DNA of 63,238 bases, counting the filler, from Salisapilia sapeloensis CBS 127946 (Eukaryota; Protista; Oomycota), in assembly GCA_023334545.1 (NCBI GenBank). It is 10 parts of 10 records of this genome, joined end to end, with 100 filler letters (N's around TTAATTAATTAA, not from the genome) between each part and the next. Parts side by side here need not be neighbours in the genome. Positions count along the whole stretch, not along the records: positions 43,774 to 47,747 come from JAADVB010000705.1; positions 47,848 to 57,272 come from JAADVB010000467.1; 8 more parts are not named here. One strand, 5' to 3'. Numbering within the stretch: the first letter of the stretch is position 1; each line of letters opens with the position of its first letter. The position numbers were made by a program, and so were the translations under genes. Positions 43,932 to 57,131 of the stretch are shown here, piece by piece. The notes below the pieces were generated by a model. It was given only the letters and a program-made list of their open reading frames with translations. It was not told the origin of the DNA and searched no databases.

Positions 43932-46900
43932 ATGGCACAGACAGCAGTGATCCATGAAGATTACGAATTTGCAGGCCATAATGCTCCTATCAATGCCACT
44001 TGCTACAATCATCGATATAAGAGCTTTGTGTCCGTCGATGACGCATCGATGCGGCTCTGGAATACTCGTGACGGAGAACTGCGTCATGTCCTGCTCCCAC
44101 AACGCAGCAGTAAATGCATCCAGGCCATCACTTATATCTCCAGCCGCGACCTTTACGTAATTGCCGCACTGGATGGGACACTTCGTCTGTATGACCAGCA
44201 GCTCTTCGAGGTGTCCACGACTCATGCAGGAAAATCGCCGGTCCTGACCATGGTGTTCGATGAGGAGCACGATAGACTCTATACTGCGAGTTCGAACGGT
44301 TGCGACGCATGGCAATTGAGAGGAAAACGTTCTGTTGGAGAGAAAGCCATCACGTCCTTCAACCCGAACTATGAGTTTGCCCACATGCCAAACTTCTTCA
44401 GCGATGGAGGAGGTGGGGCAGGGCTACCTCCGCTGGGGTCGAATCGATCGAGACAAAGTAGCCGAGATTCTAGTTTGGCATGGGCCCAGCGCCTGGTGCT
44501 CAACTCAGACAGTACCAAGCTCTATGCGCAAGGCAGCGACTCCATCACTCTGTACAGCACAGAGAACGGAGCGATATTGGAAACGTATCGAAGTGTGTTC
44601 CCAAAGGACCGTGGGCGTCTGACTGCTTTCATACTGCAAGAGATAACGCACTACATTATCTGTGGATGCTCGGGCGGATCGATCCTCGTGATCTCTGCCA
44701 AGCCAACGTCCATCTTGTACGAATTCAAAGACCATGCCGCCACTGTGACGAGTCTCGCGCACCACTCGACCTCTAATCTGATCATCTCGTCATCACTGGA
44801 CGGAACTGTCCGGCTATGGGACCTCGACGCAAGGCGGCAGGTTCATCGACTTCCACTGCACGAACCAGTCTACTCCATGCAAGTTTTACCTGGAACGAAC
44901 ACTCCCTGTCGATTCTACTGCCGACTGCGGAACAGCATTCGCTTGTTCAGCATCCAGTCTTCGATCGTTGAGTACTTTTCGTCCATGTCGCCGATATGTG
45001 TGCTCCAGAGGGTACCGTGCTGCGATGTAGATGGCCGGAAGAACGGCATCGCTGACGTCGAAGAAGAGCTCACATCCGATTCCAATCCACGACAAGTCAT
45101 CATCTCCGCTGGAAGAGATAAGGCAGTATACCTGTTCAATGGCAAGCTTCTGAACGAGGCGCCGACATTGACGTGGATCCCGAAGCAAACTTCTTTGGAT
45201 GTGGTCGGCTTCTCATACAGTCCACAGGCGAGCAGCCTCTTTTTGCTTCTTGAGCAGCGCCGGGTCGTTATTGTCCAGGCATCTCTGGATAGCGAAGACG
45301 ACCAAAGCACTATCGATGAATGTATAAACGACGAAAAGCTTATCGATCTGTCACTTGCTGCGCCTAATGCGTCGGAGGCAAGCGCTCAGTCCGACATTCT
45401 GAGCATTTGCTGCTGCCCATTTCCACCGCTCTTCCGCGCGACAATGTCTACCACCTCGTCTTCTGCACCCAGGCCGCAATGGTTCAGTCGATCCTTTGTG
45501 ACTCGAAATGGATCGACCTTGGACCCTCCATCGCGTGCCGATGCGTCTCAGCGACGCTCTCCGGAGCGAGTAAAGTCACCACGAAGGCGAAAGTGGATGC
45601 GGTCACAATGGGAGTGGGTTGCCTGCGGGTTCGCATCTGGCCACCTCTTGTTCTGGCACACTGGTCTGAACGAGGACGAGAACGGGGCCGTGACGATCGA
45701 CGCGCACGACGCAGCGATTGTCGCTATCCAGGCTTCTCACTCATCCCCGACACTCGTGACGCTCGATGCGCTCAACCGCGTGAATGTGTGGAAACTCCAG
45801 CCGTTGTTTGCACTGAGCAGCGTCGTCACTCTAGAAGATAAGCCGACGTGCTTCCTGCTGTCTCCAACGTCCGAACTGCTGCTGAGCGGGTATGAAGACG
45901 GAACGGTCGTGTTGATGGGTGTCTCGGACCCGTGCAACGTGGAAGTTTACGACTCGGGCGACAACCATTCGGCAATGGTTCCGACAGCAGACTTTCTGGA
46001 TGAAAAGTATATATTCCTGACTAGCAGCGTCGATGCAGTTGTGAAGATTTGGGACCAGCGCAAGCGATTGCTGCATGAGGTGACAATCGCGTTGGCGTCC
46101 ATGTGTCTTTGCTTTATGAACTCGAATGGAGATGTCATGGCGGGTCTGGAAACCGGCATCTATGTCCTCTCGAGAGCTGACGTTTTGCCCGAAAAGCTAC
46201 CGAAAGGCCCTCCCAGAAAGAGACAAATGGATGGAGATGGGTCGGCGGAGCAGGCAAGCTCGGCAGAGTCTGGAGCTGTAGAAGGAAGCGTTTCTTCTGA
46301 GAGAGCAGGTGATGGAGGTACAGATATACTACAAGCGACCAAGACAAACATGCTAGAAACGGAACAGGGGGTCAGTGGAGACTCGGCAGACCCTTCTACA
46401 GCACCAGCACAGGAAGAAGCAACAATCAAAGTGATTCCAAAGACCGAAACTCTTGAAGTCACGAGCGCTCGGTGCATTGCCCACGTGAACAACCATATCG
46501 AGGAAGAGCATCCGCCGATCTTACGCCACTCTTCTCCTGTCGACCCAACCGGTTCTCTCTCCAAGGCTTTATCAAGAAAGCATCGCGTGCTAACGAAAAA
46601 AGTACGCTTTACGAACGCGCTCTATCGATTATCTATATTTTCTGACGATTATCCATTCACGTAGAAGCCACCTCAGATCGATGGCACAAGCGATGGAGAC
46701 TTGGCAAACGGCAATGAGAGGAACTGGCGCGAAGTGCTCCTGTATATTTTCGCGATACGCAAACTAGCTACCATCACATTCAATGAATGCTCACGCGTTT
46801 GCATATCGTAGACCCAAGTCACCAGTTCAAGTGATGCGAGAAGCTCTTGCTCGCTCTTCGCCGTCACTCAATCGTCGACGAAACCAGCTCGGAGCACTAA

Positions 46901-47154
46901 CTACCTCTATCGTATGTCAGCCACATCGGCGACTCCGAAGCAAATCTCGCGGACAAAGCAGCATATCTATGGAGCAACGTGATGCCAATAATGAACTGGG
47001 GATCGGGAGTGCATCCAGCTTGTCTGCGGTTCAGTACTGCAAGCACCAAGCCCCGGTGCCACCGAAACAAAAGACGCCGAGGACACTTTGGAACGCCATC
47101 GGGGGAGAAGATCGGCGTCTTATTGCCTTGCAGAGAAGCAGTTTCCCAAACTAA
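43932..47154 (+). CDS. Large WD40-repeat protein (WDR97/WDR87-like); main ORF 43932-46664, probably spliced to further short exons ending near 47154
   Basis: Repeats such as GHNAPINA, IAALDGTLRLYD, FKDHAATVTSL, SSSLDGTVRLWD and TSSVDAVVKIWD. A GT donor (aaaa|gtacgc) lies near 46600. The 3' extent is inferred. Confidence 0.8.
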
Positions 47155-47242
47155 TGTAGTCAAATTTCGGGCGCAGGACGATCTGGCTCTTGGTAACCTT
47201 CGTCCTCGCTAGTACTAGCCTCTCAACTTTCTTTGTCGTCCT

Positions 47243-47692
47243 TTACAAGACGGTAAGGTAGGCAAAGAGCACAGCAGCAACCACAAGAACGTGGCTGGTT
47301 AATCTGTAGAGCAAGCGGGAGGCACCATCGCATCCACAACGAGCAGCGTATAGTCGAAGCGTATCCAGGTTCTCGTTCCACAGACCACCCAAGGTCTTTC
47401 CAGGATCAAAGTAGTGGTCTTGCGGAGCATAGACGCCATCGCATTGCCAATAAAGCGCATCGATCAAAGGCTGACACTTTGCCGAGCAGTTGAATGCTGT
47501 CGGATTGCATCCTAGGCAAGACCCATACGTAGATCCATTGCCCTCGGCCGTGAGCTGACCGACAGCGAAGCCGCACGGAGCCCAGGAGTTTCCTTTCGGT
47601 TCGGGGTTCGGAAACGAAGATGTGGCCTCAGTAGCCACTACCAGCACTACAACAAGCAGCGTACCGGTCATCCGTAAATCACCGCGACTCAT
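47243..47692 (-). CDS. Small secreted Cys-rich protein with a probable GPI-anchor signal
   Basis: Hydrophobic N-terminus (LLVVVLVVATEA), 8 Cys, and a small-residue site (CGCDGAS) followed by a hydrophobic C-terminus (VLVVAAVLFAYLTVL). Confidence 0.75.
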   Translation of the reverse strand: MSRGDLRMTGTLLVVVLVVATEATSSFPNPEPKGNSWAPCGFAVGQLTAEGNGSTYGSCLGCNPTAFNCSAKCQPLIDALYWQCDGVYAPQDHYFDPGKTLGGLWNENLDTLRLYAARCGCDGASRLLYRLTSHVLVVAAVLFAYLTVL

Positions 47693-47747
47693 CTTCACCT
47701 TGCAAATGCTCCTCGATTGTGAAAGAACGGATATAGCTATAATTAGC

Positions 47748-47847
47748 NNNNNNNNNNNNNNNNNNNNNNNNNNNNNNNNNNNNNNNNNNNNTTAATTAAT
47801 TAANNNNNNNNNNNNNNNNNNNNNNNNNNNNNNNNNNNNNNNNNNNN
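47748..47847. other. Assembly gap spacer 5
   Basis: Same 100-nt linker. Confidence 0.97.
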
Positions 47848-47988
47848 GCATTTCACTGCTTAGAACCAACTTCACCTCCTTCTCCGCCATTCATACCACG
47901 TATCAACTGCGTCACGTGCATGCAGATGAGGCATTCGCCAACGGAAATGCATCCTCGCAGACTAAACTCGTGAACAACATCTTTTAAT
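47848..47988 (-). repeat. Inverted repeat B, left copy (141 bp, runs into gap 5)
   Basis: Exact reverse complement of 57132-57272. Confidence 0.95.
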
Positions 47989-50572
47989 ATTCGAGCACTG
48001 GCGTGCTTTGAATTAACGAACGAACTTCAAGCCACGTAAGCTTGCGCAATTCCCCTCTCGCCACTTGTGCAAGATAACGTGTAAACCTTGCGCACCATAA
48101 GAACAGCATATATAGACATTGAACAAATTGGAAAAGAATAGTGCGAAGTAAAGTATCATGTAGACTTGTAGCTTGCTTTTATATGATTCTTTCGCGCATA
48201 CACAAATTGCATTAGCATAGTACGCTCGCGTTTTACTATAGCAAGACAACGAAAGTAACTGCAGCGACGGAGATCGTTACAACGTTAATGACGTAGCTCA
48301 TTGACAATATCCACTTGTGCAGTGGTGGTGAATGTGACGCACATGAAGCATTTTGTTTTTTGTCTATTACCCGCTGCTTCAAGTCAAAAGAAAGCATGAA
48401 AACAGTGTTATGAGAAGTATGGTTACTTCAGTCAATGATCTTCAAGCCATGTTGCAGTTGCAGTAGGATGTAGTAGTAGTCCTTTGCTACCATCCAATGG
48501 TCTGACGTGGTCAACTTGCTGATCTAAACGCTTAAAATGTGCAAACCGGAGTGAAGGGGATATTGATAGCTCAAGGTTAGCTCACAACGGATGTGAGGAA
48601 ACTAATGTTGGCTCTACTCAAACTTTCCTATGGCGGTTCATTAAATTGGCAAACTCTACACTTTTAGGAGCCTATAATTCCATTTTAAAGGTCCGGCGAT
48701 TCTTGATGGGTAGTACGTTGCAAAGAAGATTTAGCTGAGCACTTCTCGGAACAGAAGTACTTATAAGAAAATCATATCGTTTTCTCGGTACATTACATAG
48801 GATGATAAATGGAAGAGGAAAATAACCGTAGTGTAAAACCTTTTCGCGTTCGACAGGGTATTTCTTATAGTTAACTCCTAAGCTCTCTTCTCTATCCGCA
48901 TCTACGTATCGTACCCTTTCGAACCTTTCGGCTATCTGTCCTATCTAAAGTCACATCTACTCTTAGTTTCGAGTCTGTTACAAAACTGTCCATTCTCTGA
49001 TTTTCCACCGCGCGCAGTCGAACAGCAGCAATCTACGCTCATCGTGCAAGACCTCCGGGGAGGCCAGATCATCCCGATGGTCACTTCATCGTCAGCGTGT
49101 ACCGGCCAACCTGGAGGTGAACGCAAGTCGCCTAAATTGTCTTGCACTGTTCAACCAGTTGGTGCGAGACTGCCTGATGGAATCGACGCGTGCAGGCTGC
49201 CAGGAATGGATTTCTACGGAGAAGAGGCGCACAGCGGAGAGATGCGAGCGCTAATGCGGAGCGAATAGAGATGTGGGAAAGAAGACGTAGTGGTAATCGC
49301 TTGGGAGCAATGTGGATGAAAAGCTTCGCAGCGTATGCACTGCTCATACGCGTAGTCACTTATATACCTTGCAGAGTACAAGATAGCGAGACCAGTGGGA
49401 TCCTAGTGCTTTTATGTTTTCGTTTTAGATAGCTGATAGTCGGTAGATTTTAACGGAATATGTCAAAATCTTCTTGACGTATGTCTACTTAGCGGCCAAA
49501 TAAAGTGAGTCTTTACTTCAAGCACGAATCAAGCGACTTTCCCAAGACGCCATATTTTTGGACAGCTTCAGTGTTTTTAAGTCACTCTGCACACACATGT
49601 AAACTACTGTTAAGTTGAATGAAAAACTATAGTTAGCACATTCATTGAACCTTCAAGTTTCTTCGAGACAGTTTCAATATGATTGAGGAAAAGAATGATA
49701 AAGTTTATGCTGGCTGCCGATGGTAGAAAATAAACTAGTAGTTTTACTATAAAGACCATATATAGCTAGGCGATGAAATACCTGTCAAGTCGATTTTAGA
49801 CAAGGATGACGCACGTTTGCTCACATGACCGTACAGCATTCGCAAGACTCTTAAGCTCAAACCATTCTTTCTGTAAAACTTTGCAGCAACCGTGTCTTGA
49901 AACACCTTGTATCCTATTAGATCAACATTCAGACGATCATTGCCTACGCAATCGCCTATCCTTTGTTACTGTGCCTTCAAACGGTCAGCTTTGGTCTCAC
50001 TCGCCTCTGTTTCTTTCCCTCGTTTGCTATTTCAAAAAATTATTATAAGAGCATAGAGCGGGAAGGTATGTTCTAATAGGCATTGCATTTTGACTGTGAT
50101 GGCTATTTCACGACTCCATCATGTGTACTGGCATGGAGCGCATCTTCAAGACCAATACAACCGACGTAATTTCTTTTTTGATAGAAGACCAGGATCCGAT
50201 AGATTGCCCTCTACTTCCCTCTCAATTTAAAACTAGTAACGAAACCGTAACCGGTGGGTGCTTACCCATCGTCACCTATGGATACTTGACAAATTCAAAG
50301 AAAAGCTTGTTTACGACTCGAAGAGAGCGTGGAGCTTTGCAGATGAAACAGAAATAATGGAAAGCTTGGGTCAAGTCTAACCCTTTCAAATCTTCTGCAA
50401 CACGCATACAACGTTACTCTACAGAAGATCCAACAAAGAACACTGACGCACTTCAACGCTGATCAGCGAATGGAAACCTGGTTATCAGCAAAAGCTACGT
50501 CTCCGTACCGAAGTTGTACCACTGTTTTGGTACAGATGCTGTTTGTGTGGATGCCAATTCGAGCACAACATC

Positions 50573-51948
50573 ATGATGCGAGCATGGCGGATGTGGGCAA
50601 CGCCAGCCACAGCGTTGTGCAATGCCACTAGTTTGTCATCACGTTCCAGCCCTGAGCTCGTTCGTCAACCTTTGTTTATACGACGGAATTACGCGCGTCA
50701 AGTGAAAGCGAGGACGTTTGCCAGCGAGAGCAAAGCTCCGTCAGAGCCGATGGGACTTAAAGCTGGCGCCAAAGAAGGCCTACATCTGTCACCAAACATG
50801 AAACTGATGGCTGCGTATGTCGTGATTGCATTCGGCGCCATCGGTTTGGTGGCCAAATACAAAAACGAAGGCGACGATCGAGAACAGGTCAAACTACATT
50901 TGCATTTAGCTCTTTATAATGCTCTTATGCTAGTTCATTTTTCAGACTGCTCGCACATTCAACCTGGCAAAGCGAGCGATTGCAAAAGACCGACGGGTCT
51001 TTGATGCGGTGGGTTATCCCTCCTCTTTCGAAAAGGTACAGATCCTTACACATTAAAGTTCGCATCATTATACAGCCCTGACGGATGCTCTGATACTCTA
51101 GGTACGCTTAGCGCTTATCTCAAAATCTATCATACTTGAGACCTTCCTTAATCATCCAGCAAACTGATAAACTCGTTTTTATGCGCATATCTAGTGTCAC
51201 GATGATGATGAGCAGTCGCACGAAGGCAGTTTCCGAATCACTGGAGACAAGTAAAATTCCTTCTATAGCCACTTTAGTATATCATACTGATCTCTGCCGT
51301 AGAGGCTCGGCCCTGGTTTTCTATCGGCAACCGCTAGAGCCATCTATATCTGAAACAAACAACTTGGCGTTCGATCGACTGGACGTTGAAGTTGCCGACG
51401 GCTCCTCTTTTTCTGCTCTCGAAAGTTACTTGCAAGATGAGAATGTTCAGACGCAACAAAAGGCAACATCTCTCGGAAAGAAGTTGCTTTTGCCTGTACG
51501 AGTCTTTTATGCAGATGCCATGGCAATGTTTTAACGACCGTGGTAGATGACGGGTGGACTTTTGATTGGAGGAGTTGCTTCTTTTCTCGTGATCCGAATC
51601 TTACGTAACCGACCGAGTTATGTGCACAAGCTAGTCCTAGATCACGTGAACAACAGCAAGATCGCGACCGAGTATTTAGGCAACCCTATTAAAAGCGATC
51701 GTAAGAGTTTCCGTGGCGAGCTCTCTAACAGCAACGCGAAATTTTCGATCGCTTGCAACGGACCGATGGGTTCCGGTCGGCTCTTCGTAAATGCCTTCAA
51801 GAAAGCATCGCCGGAGGCGAAGGCAGAGGGCGTGATGACATCCCCCGGCACTTCGTGGAAATTTGATACTTTGACGCTCAGCATCGAGCGAAATGCACGA
51901 CGAAAAGATCGGGGGAAAGGCAAGACGATCAACCTGTTGCAAAAGTAG
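50573..51948 (+). CDS. Mitochondrial inner-membrane protein with a C-terminal Coa1/Tim21-like domain, multi-exon
   Basis: Arg-rich transit peptide and TM helices. The last exon HVNNSKIATEYLGNPIK...NAKFSIACNGPMGSGRLFVNAFK resembles Coa1/Tim21. Confidence 0.6.
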
Positions 51949-52237
51949 CTTCTCATCATCACGTAGTCTAGCACTTGTTTCCATTCTTTCTATTAGAGAC
52001 GGTAGAAAGATCTGATGGAAACGTAAGAGTAGACGTCATCGTAGATCTCATAAGCCTGCGCGCGTTTGTAACTGACTTTCCACTGAACACGTATAGCAGA
52101 ATTACAACCTCTGAAATTCCGTGTCTAGCGGTAGAAGGGTTCAGACCCAACTGCCCGCGTCTTTTTCTCTCGAAAATCTTTTCCGAAAGCTCAAAGCTCC
52201 TCATTCACGCTTTTGCTTGCCACATCACACATCATCG

Positions 52238-52975
52238 ATGACGTATTCCCCCACCGACCTTTCACCGGAAGATAGCGTTATGCCTCGCCGGCCATATTAC
52301 CGCAATGGAAATGGACGTCTCATTTCCATCTTGTGGTGGGAGGACGTCCTCGTCCCCATGGCCCTGCTCACGTCTCGACTCGGCGTTCGTCCAGCCAGTG
52401 ACAACATGGATGATATCATAAGCCGCATCATGGAAGACGAGCAGCTTAAAAGCTTTTGCGCTGAACTGGATACGACCATCCGAGCAACGCTGCAGGCTGG
52501 CTCCGTGTTTGGCGAAGTCGTGATCGTCACGCGACAATCGACTAAATTCGTGGATGCCATGGCCTCAACACTGTTTCCATCCACGCACCAATATATCCTG
52601 GAGGGTGTCGGAAACAACCGCAGGTTGGCATGTCAGGTCGTCGGTGGAAACTTTGATGAAAACGCATCGGAGGAAGGGAAACGCATTGAACGCGTCAAAT
52701 TCTACCGGTCCGTGTGTAGAGCACTCATGGACGGTGATGAGAATGTGAGTGCACACGCGAAAACGCTGGTCTTGACGACTTTGCTAGTCGTCACGGAGGA
52801 CGCGTCGGACCTATCTGTATGCAAAGAGGAGCTAGAGTTTTTAAATAGATTCGTGCCTCGATGCATTGAAGTGCTCAGGCGAGACACATTGGATGGCTTT
52901 TTGACTCAGCTGAACGACAACACGGACAGCTTGCGCAGTATTCTCCTGGCCGCACCAACGGAAGCGCGGTCATAA
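52238..52975 (+). CDS. Hypothetical protein, possibly a degenerate HAD-fold protein
   Basis: ISILWWEDVLVP and FGEVVIVT resemble the FDWDDTLLP and G.V.IVTN motifs of a protist HAD-like family, but the nucleophile Asp is absent. Confidence 0.5.
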   Translation: MTYSPTDLSPEDSVMPRRPYYRNGNGRLISILWWEDVLVPMALLTSRLGVRPASDNMDDIISRIMEDEQLKSFCAELDTTIRATLQAGSVFGEVVIVTRQSTKFVDAMASTLFPSTHQYILEGVGNNRRLACQVVGGNFDENASEEGKRIERVKFYRSVCRALMDGDENVSAHAKTLVLTTLLVVTEDASDLSVCKEELEFLNRFVPRCIEVLRRDTLDGFLTQLNDNTDSLRSILLAAPTEARS

Positions 52976-53182
52976 ATGTTTATGATTGATTTAGTACATG
53001 TTTTAACGACAACAATGCACGAGTTTTACTTTCGGATAGTTAAACTTATAAGTTTACTGTCTAGTCTTGACTCAGGCATGCGTCTGCTCACGCCACGTCC
53101 GGTGCTCATCTTCCATCTATCAGGAGTAAGAGGGATTCAAATCATATATTTTCTGGTATGTTTTGTTTCCACAAATCGGCAA

Positions 53183-54163
53183 TCATACCTTTTGAAAGTG
53201 CTTGGCGGATTGTTGAATGGCGACGTCCGTGGCTGCTCGGGCCCGGACAAGCATTTCGTTTCGCTTGGACTCGAGACGAGAAGCCACATGGCTGTTATCC
53301 GAGAATGATGTTGCAAACATCTTGGCCTGTTGGCTGCGTTGGTGGACGTTATTCAAGTGTTCCTTCCGCCTTTGATGACGTGTGCACCTTTGAGCATCCA
53401 GTACCTTCACATCAATATCAGACACATGCGGCATCCATTCATCATCCGTTTGCAATGAAGTTGGCAGTAAAGACAGTTTGTTCTCGTTGGGCACTTCAAT
53501 GTAATTTGATCGAGGACAAAATGTGTCCGATAAAGAGTGCGTCTCGCTGTCTTCTGGTGTTTCAATCCGGTGGTAAGCATCCACTTGCTGCAACTTTGGC
53601 AATCGGTCAAAGCACAGCTGGGCATACTTGGGCATGTGGTTTACGAACGGATTACCTTCCAAGCGCAGAATGACGAGTGAGCGTGGAAGCTGCTTGATGT
53701 CGAAATCGGCAACTTCATTGTTAGATAAATCAAGAAATTGAAGCTACAGCGGACGTGAGAGGATTTAGTGAAGTAGACATATCATACAGAACGTCAAGTG
53801 TGTCTTTACCTGGTCCAGTTGGCTTAAATGTTCGATAGTACTTATGTGGTTATTCCCCAGCGCCAGAAACGCTAGTTCGCGCAAGTTATCCAAGTTCTCG
53901 ATCTTTTTAATGCAATTGTGTTGTAGATACAATTCACGCACATGTGTGAATGCATCGAGATTCTCGATCGCCCCAATGTTCATCCAATCCAGCGGGAGGG
54001 ATTTCAAATTGAACAAAACATCCAAATTCTCATCCTCCGCACTTGGACGATCATCCAACTGTGCGATTTGGCCGTAGGACTGTTGCAAGACTTGTCGAAT
54101 CAAATGGATAGTTAGTCGTACAGGCTCTTGCTTTTCTTGGACGCCCGTGTCACCCGCTTCCAT
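53183..54163 (-). CDS. Leucine-rich-repeat protein, LRRC46/SDS22-like, 2 exons
   Basis: IGAIENLDAFTHVRELYLQHNCIKKIENL, LAFLALGNNHISTIEHL, and the spliced LQFLDLSNNEV...LPRSLVILRLEGNPF LRR cap. Confidence 0.8.
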
Positions 54164-54295
54164 CCTGCTCTGGCAGACCTAAGGAAATCACAAGAGAGCT
54201 TGATGAACGTGTGAGTCTTGCGTTTTCACCCTTCGGTCGTTTTATTCTTCTATTTTTATGCTGAATGAAAAACGTGTTCTCATAACGAAGTCACC

Positions 54296-55495
54296 ATGGC
54301 CATGTTCCACGAGTTATGGCACGCCCGACATACAATCCTAAAGGACCTTCAGCAACAGCAAGAGTACTCCCACTTCTTAATTCTAGTTGAAAATCGTCCT
54401 AACCTGTGCACGGTCTCTGTCTGTAGCGATGCAAAGACATACGAAAAACAAGAAAAGCAAGCCGCAAACACGATCCAGCGCGTATATCGAGGACAATTCT
54501 GTCGATCGACACTAATGAAGAAGAAGTATGGATTACATTGTATCCTACTAATCCACCTTTGACTTTGTATTCAATCGCATTTACTAGAGCTAGTGCAATG
54601 GTAATCCAACGAATGTACCGAGGGCATCTTGGTCGTCGATGTGTGCTTTTAAAAAGACGAGAACTGGCTGAAAAGCAACACGCTGCATACGTCTTCCGTC
54701 AAGCTGCTCTCATCCAAAAAATCATTCGAGGGATGATCAGTCGGAGAACAAACTCGGACTTTTATAAGCGTAAAGCTTATATTCAATCGATTGTTCGAAA
54801 AGGAGAAGAGATGCGGCAACGTCTAGTTGAAAATCTATCTCGCCAGCAACTCGTACTCGTACAATATACACGACATTTTGCCATAACGCTATAGCTATCT
54901 GTAATAGGAAGAACAGCAAGCAATGCAAGCGGCATCTGAGAAAGAAGTTGTCGACATCACGGGTCAATTACACCACCTCGTCAGCACGAAAGCAATTGCT
55001 GGCGTATACAACTCGCCCATGTTACCTGATATATATACGTGTCAAGGTGTTTCCGTTGAAGCTCACATTCGGACGAACGCCAGAGCGATCGTCAAAGACC
55101 AGTTACGAACGCGGAAGTCGCCATCACATCTTCAACCGTACCCACCATCGAAGAAACAAACAATCCTGTCAACCGCTCCATACGATGCTGTGGCCAAGGC
55201 TGAACGAGAGAGTCGGAAGTTTGATAGATATAAGCGCGTGACAGATAAAAACTTTGTCGCGATCCACAACCCCGCTCAAGACGCCATCAAAGATCGAAAT
55301 AAGCCAGGTATCAATGCCGGTGTGGAATACGTGGACGAATGGCGTAACCCGTACAAGCGTCGCGGCATTCCGCGCTCGAAAACAGACCTCTTGCCAAAGT
55401 TAACGACGCTAGAAAAGGCCCCGGATACACCGTTCTACCTCACGTTTGGCGGAAACAAAAGCCGAGTACACGCAAACAACCGATTTGACGTCTAA
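54296..55495 (+). CDS. IQ-motif protein, SPATA17-like (probable flagellar), multi-exon
   Basis: Three IQ motifs: IQRVYRGQFCR, IQRMYRGHLGR and IQKIIRGMISR, followed by DFYKRKAYI. Confidence 0.7.
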
Positions 55496-55522
55496 AAAGA
55501 TGGAAGCGAGTTTGCATGTTGT

Positions 55523-56195
55523 TTATTCGTCGCTCACCTTCTTTAACTCGTTCATGTTGGTGCCGGCGATCCGTTCGCCGAGTAATTTCATACTAGAGAT
55601 AATGGTCTCGTCTGCGCCATTATTTTCTTCCACGAAGATCTACATCCCCTTAAGTACGCAATCATATACTGAATACATTTGATCCTACCGTAAGGCTTTG
55701 CACACGTTGGAACTTGACGAAGCGAAGCTCAATTTCCTTTCCATCTTCTAGCCCTTCGCCATCCTCTTCCAAAGAGATGGATTGCGTCGGTTCGATGTCA
55801 TCCATGTCGGAAAAACCCAAGTTCGTGCGATTTGCGAACAATTTCAGTCGTCTCGGAGCAGATTCTAAGCTGTGGTCAGTCCCAGGAGACCATGCTCTAT
55901 TTATTGGGCATACCTCCAGCAGGAGCTGCGATGAAGAGAGAGTGGAGTTTGACGGGATCTTGGAAAGCTAGGTGCAGAATCAATTGCTCTAGATAAAGAA
56001 AGTGAGTCAATTGCTATCCAGGAAGACGTCGGAATCACTACCGTCAGCATCCGACTTTAGCTGGAGCGTGTGGTCGCCTTGGAACAAGTTAATGTAAGGA
56101 TGGCTGGGGTTTTCATTCAGGCAGTAGCAGTCAGGCTTGCTGAAAGCATCTGTGAGGTCCGTGAACCTGCTCTTCGGGGCGGCAGTCGTACTCAT
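55523..56195 (-). CDS. PITH-domain protein (PITHD1/TXNL1-C-like), multi-exon
   Basis: CYCLNE..HPYINLF, LKSDAD|EQLLL, KLFANRTNLGFSDMDDIEPTQ, IFVEENNGADETIISSMKLLG and TNMNELKKV. Confidence 0.8.
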
Positions 56196-57131
56196 TGCGT
56201 GAATTGTGCGATATCTTTCGACGCGTCATTGGATGCACGGTGTTCCGAATGTGGTCCGAAGGTCACTCTTTATTTACCAGATAATTTGGACACTTGATTT
56301 ATAAAAAAAACTAAAGACGGACGAGGCTACCGAAAGAGACTGCGCGCCAGTCGAACGAAGAGCCCACTTTTGAATTGTTCACTGGAAGAGCAAGTTGATT
56401 CATGTACTCCACGTCTCTAGTCAGGAGATTGTTTGCTCAAATACGTAGCGTTGTTTCCGTTACAGACGTGGGAAAGGAAAGCTCGACTTTGTAAATGCTC
56501 GTTCTGAGTATTTACTTTTGTCATTCAGGTGCTGATGAGAGTGGATCGTACGTCGATTAGCTGACTGCTATCCTAGATCAGCACCTTACATTTCGTAGAA
56601 GAACAATGTATAAGCACTGATACTGAAATGCATCGCTATAAATGAATCCGTGCGAAGCAGTTTTATCGATGTGCAAATATCGACGCGACCAGGAAAAAAA
56701 GCACACGTCACGCTTTCTCCTCATGAGCTGACGTGCCGTCTCCCATGGTCACATTTCATTCCGTATTGAGTGCTTGACGTAGAAGTAGAAAAGTGAAATT
56801 GCCGTTGTGTACATAGGGCTTTAATGGAGTTCCCTGTACATGGCGCAATTTGAAAGTGCCTTCGCAGAGCATATTTAAAGTTGGGTGCATGCGAGTAGCT
56901 GCGAAGTAGTACTTAAGCTGCGAAGTAGAGGTTTCGAAAGCGTAGGAATTGATAAAATTGAAAAAAAAATATTTCCGCCTCGAGTACTTGCGACGAAAGC
57001 TATATCGAATCTAGGCGAAGTGTGATAATGGCTGCGCCATGTATACTTCGCTACTACACCCTTCTAGCATTTTCAGATCAAGGTTTCTCGAATGGTGACG
57101 AATCACGAACTGAATGTCGCAATTGCTGAGG

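Noticed and set aside
48941-49432. Cluster of short ORFs in a GC-richer intergenic patch
   Set aside because: Stops occur in all frames and no motif is recognisable. It may be a decayed remnant, but this cannot be supported.
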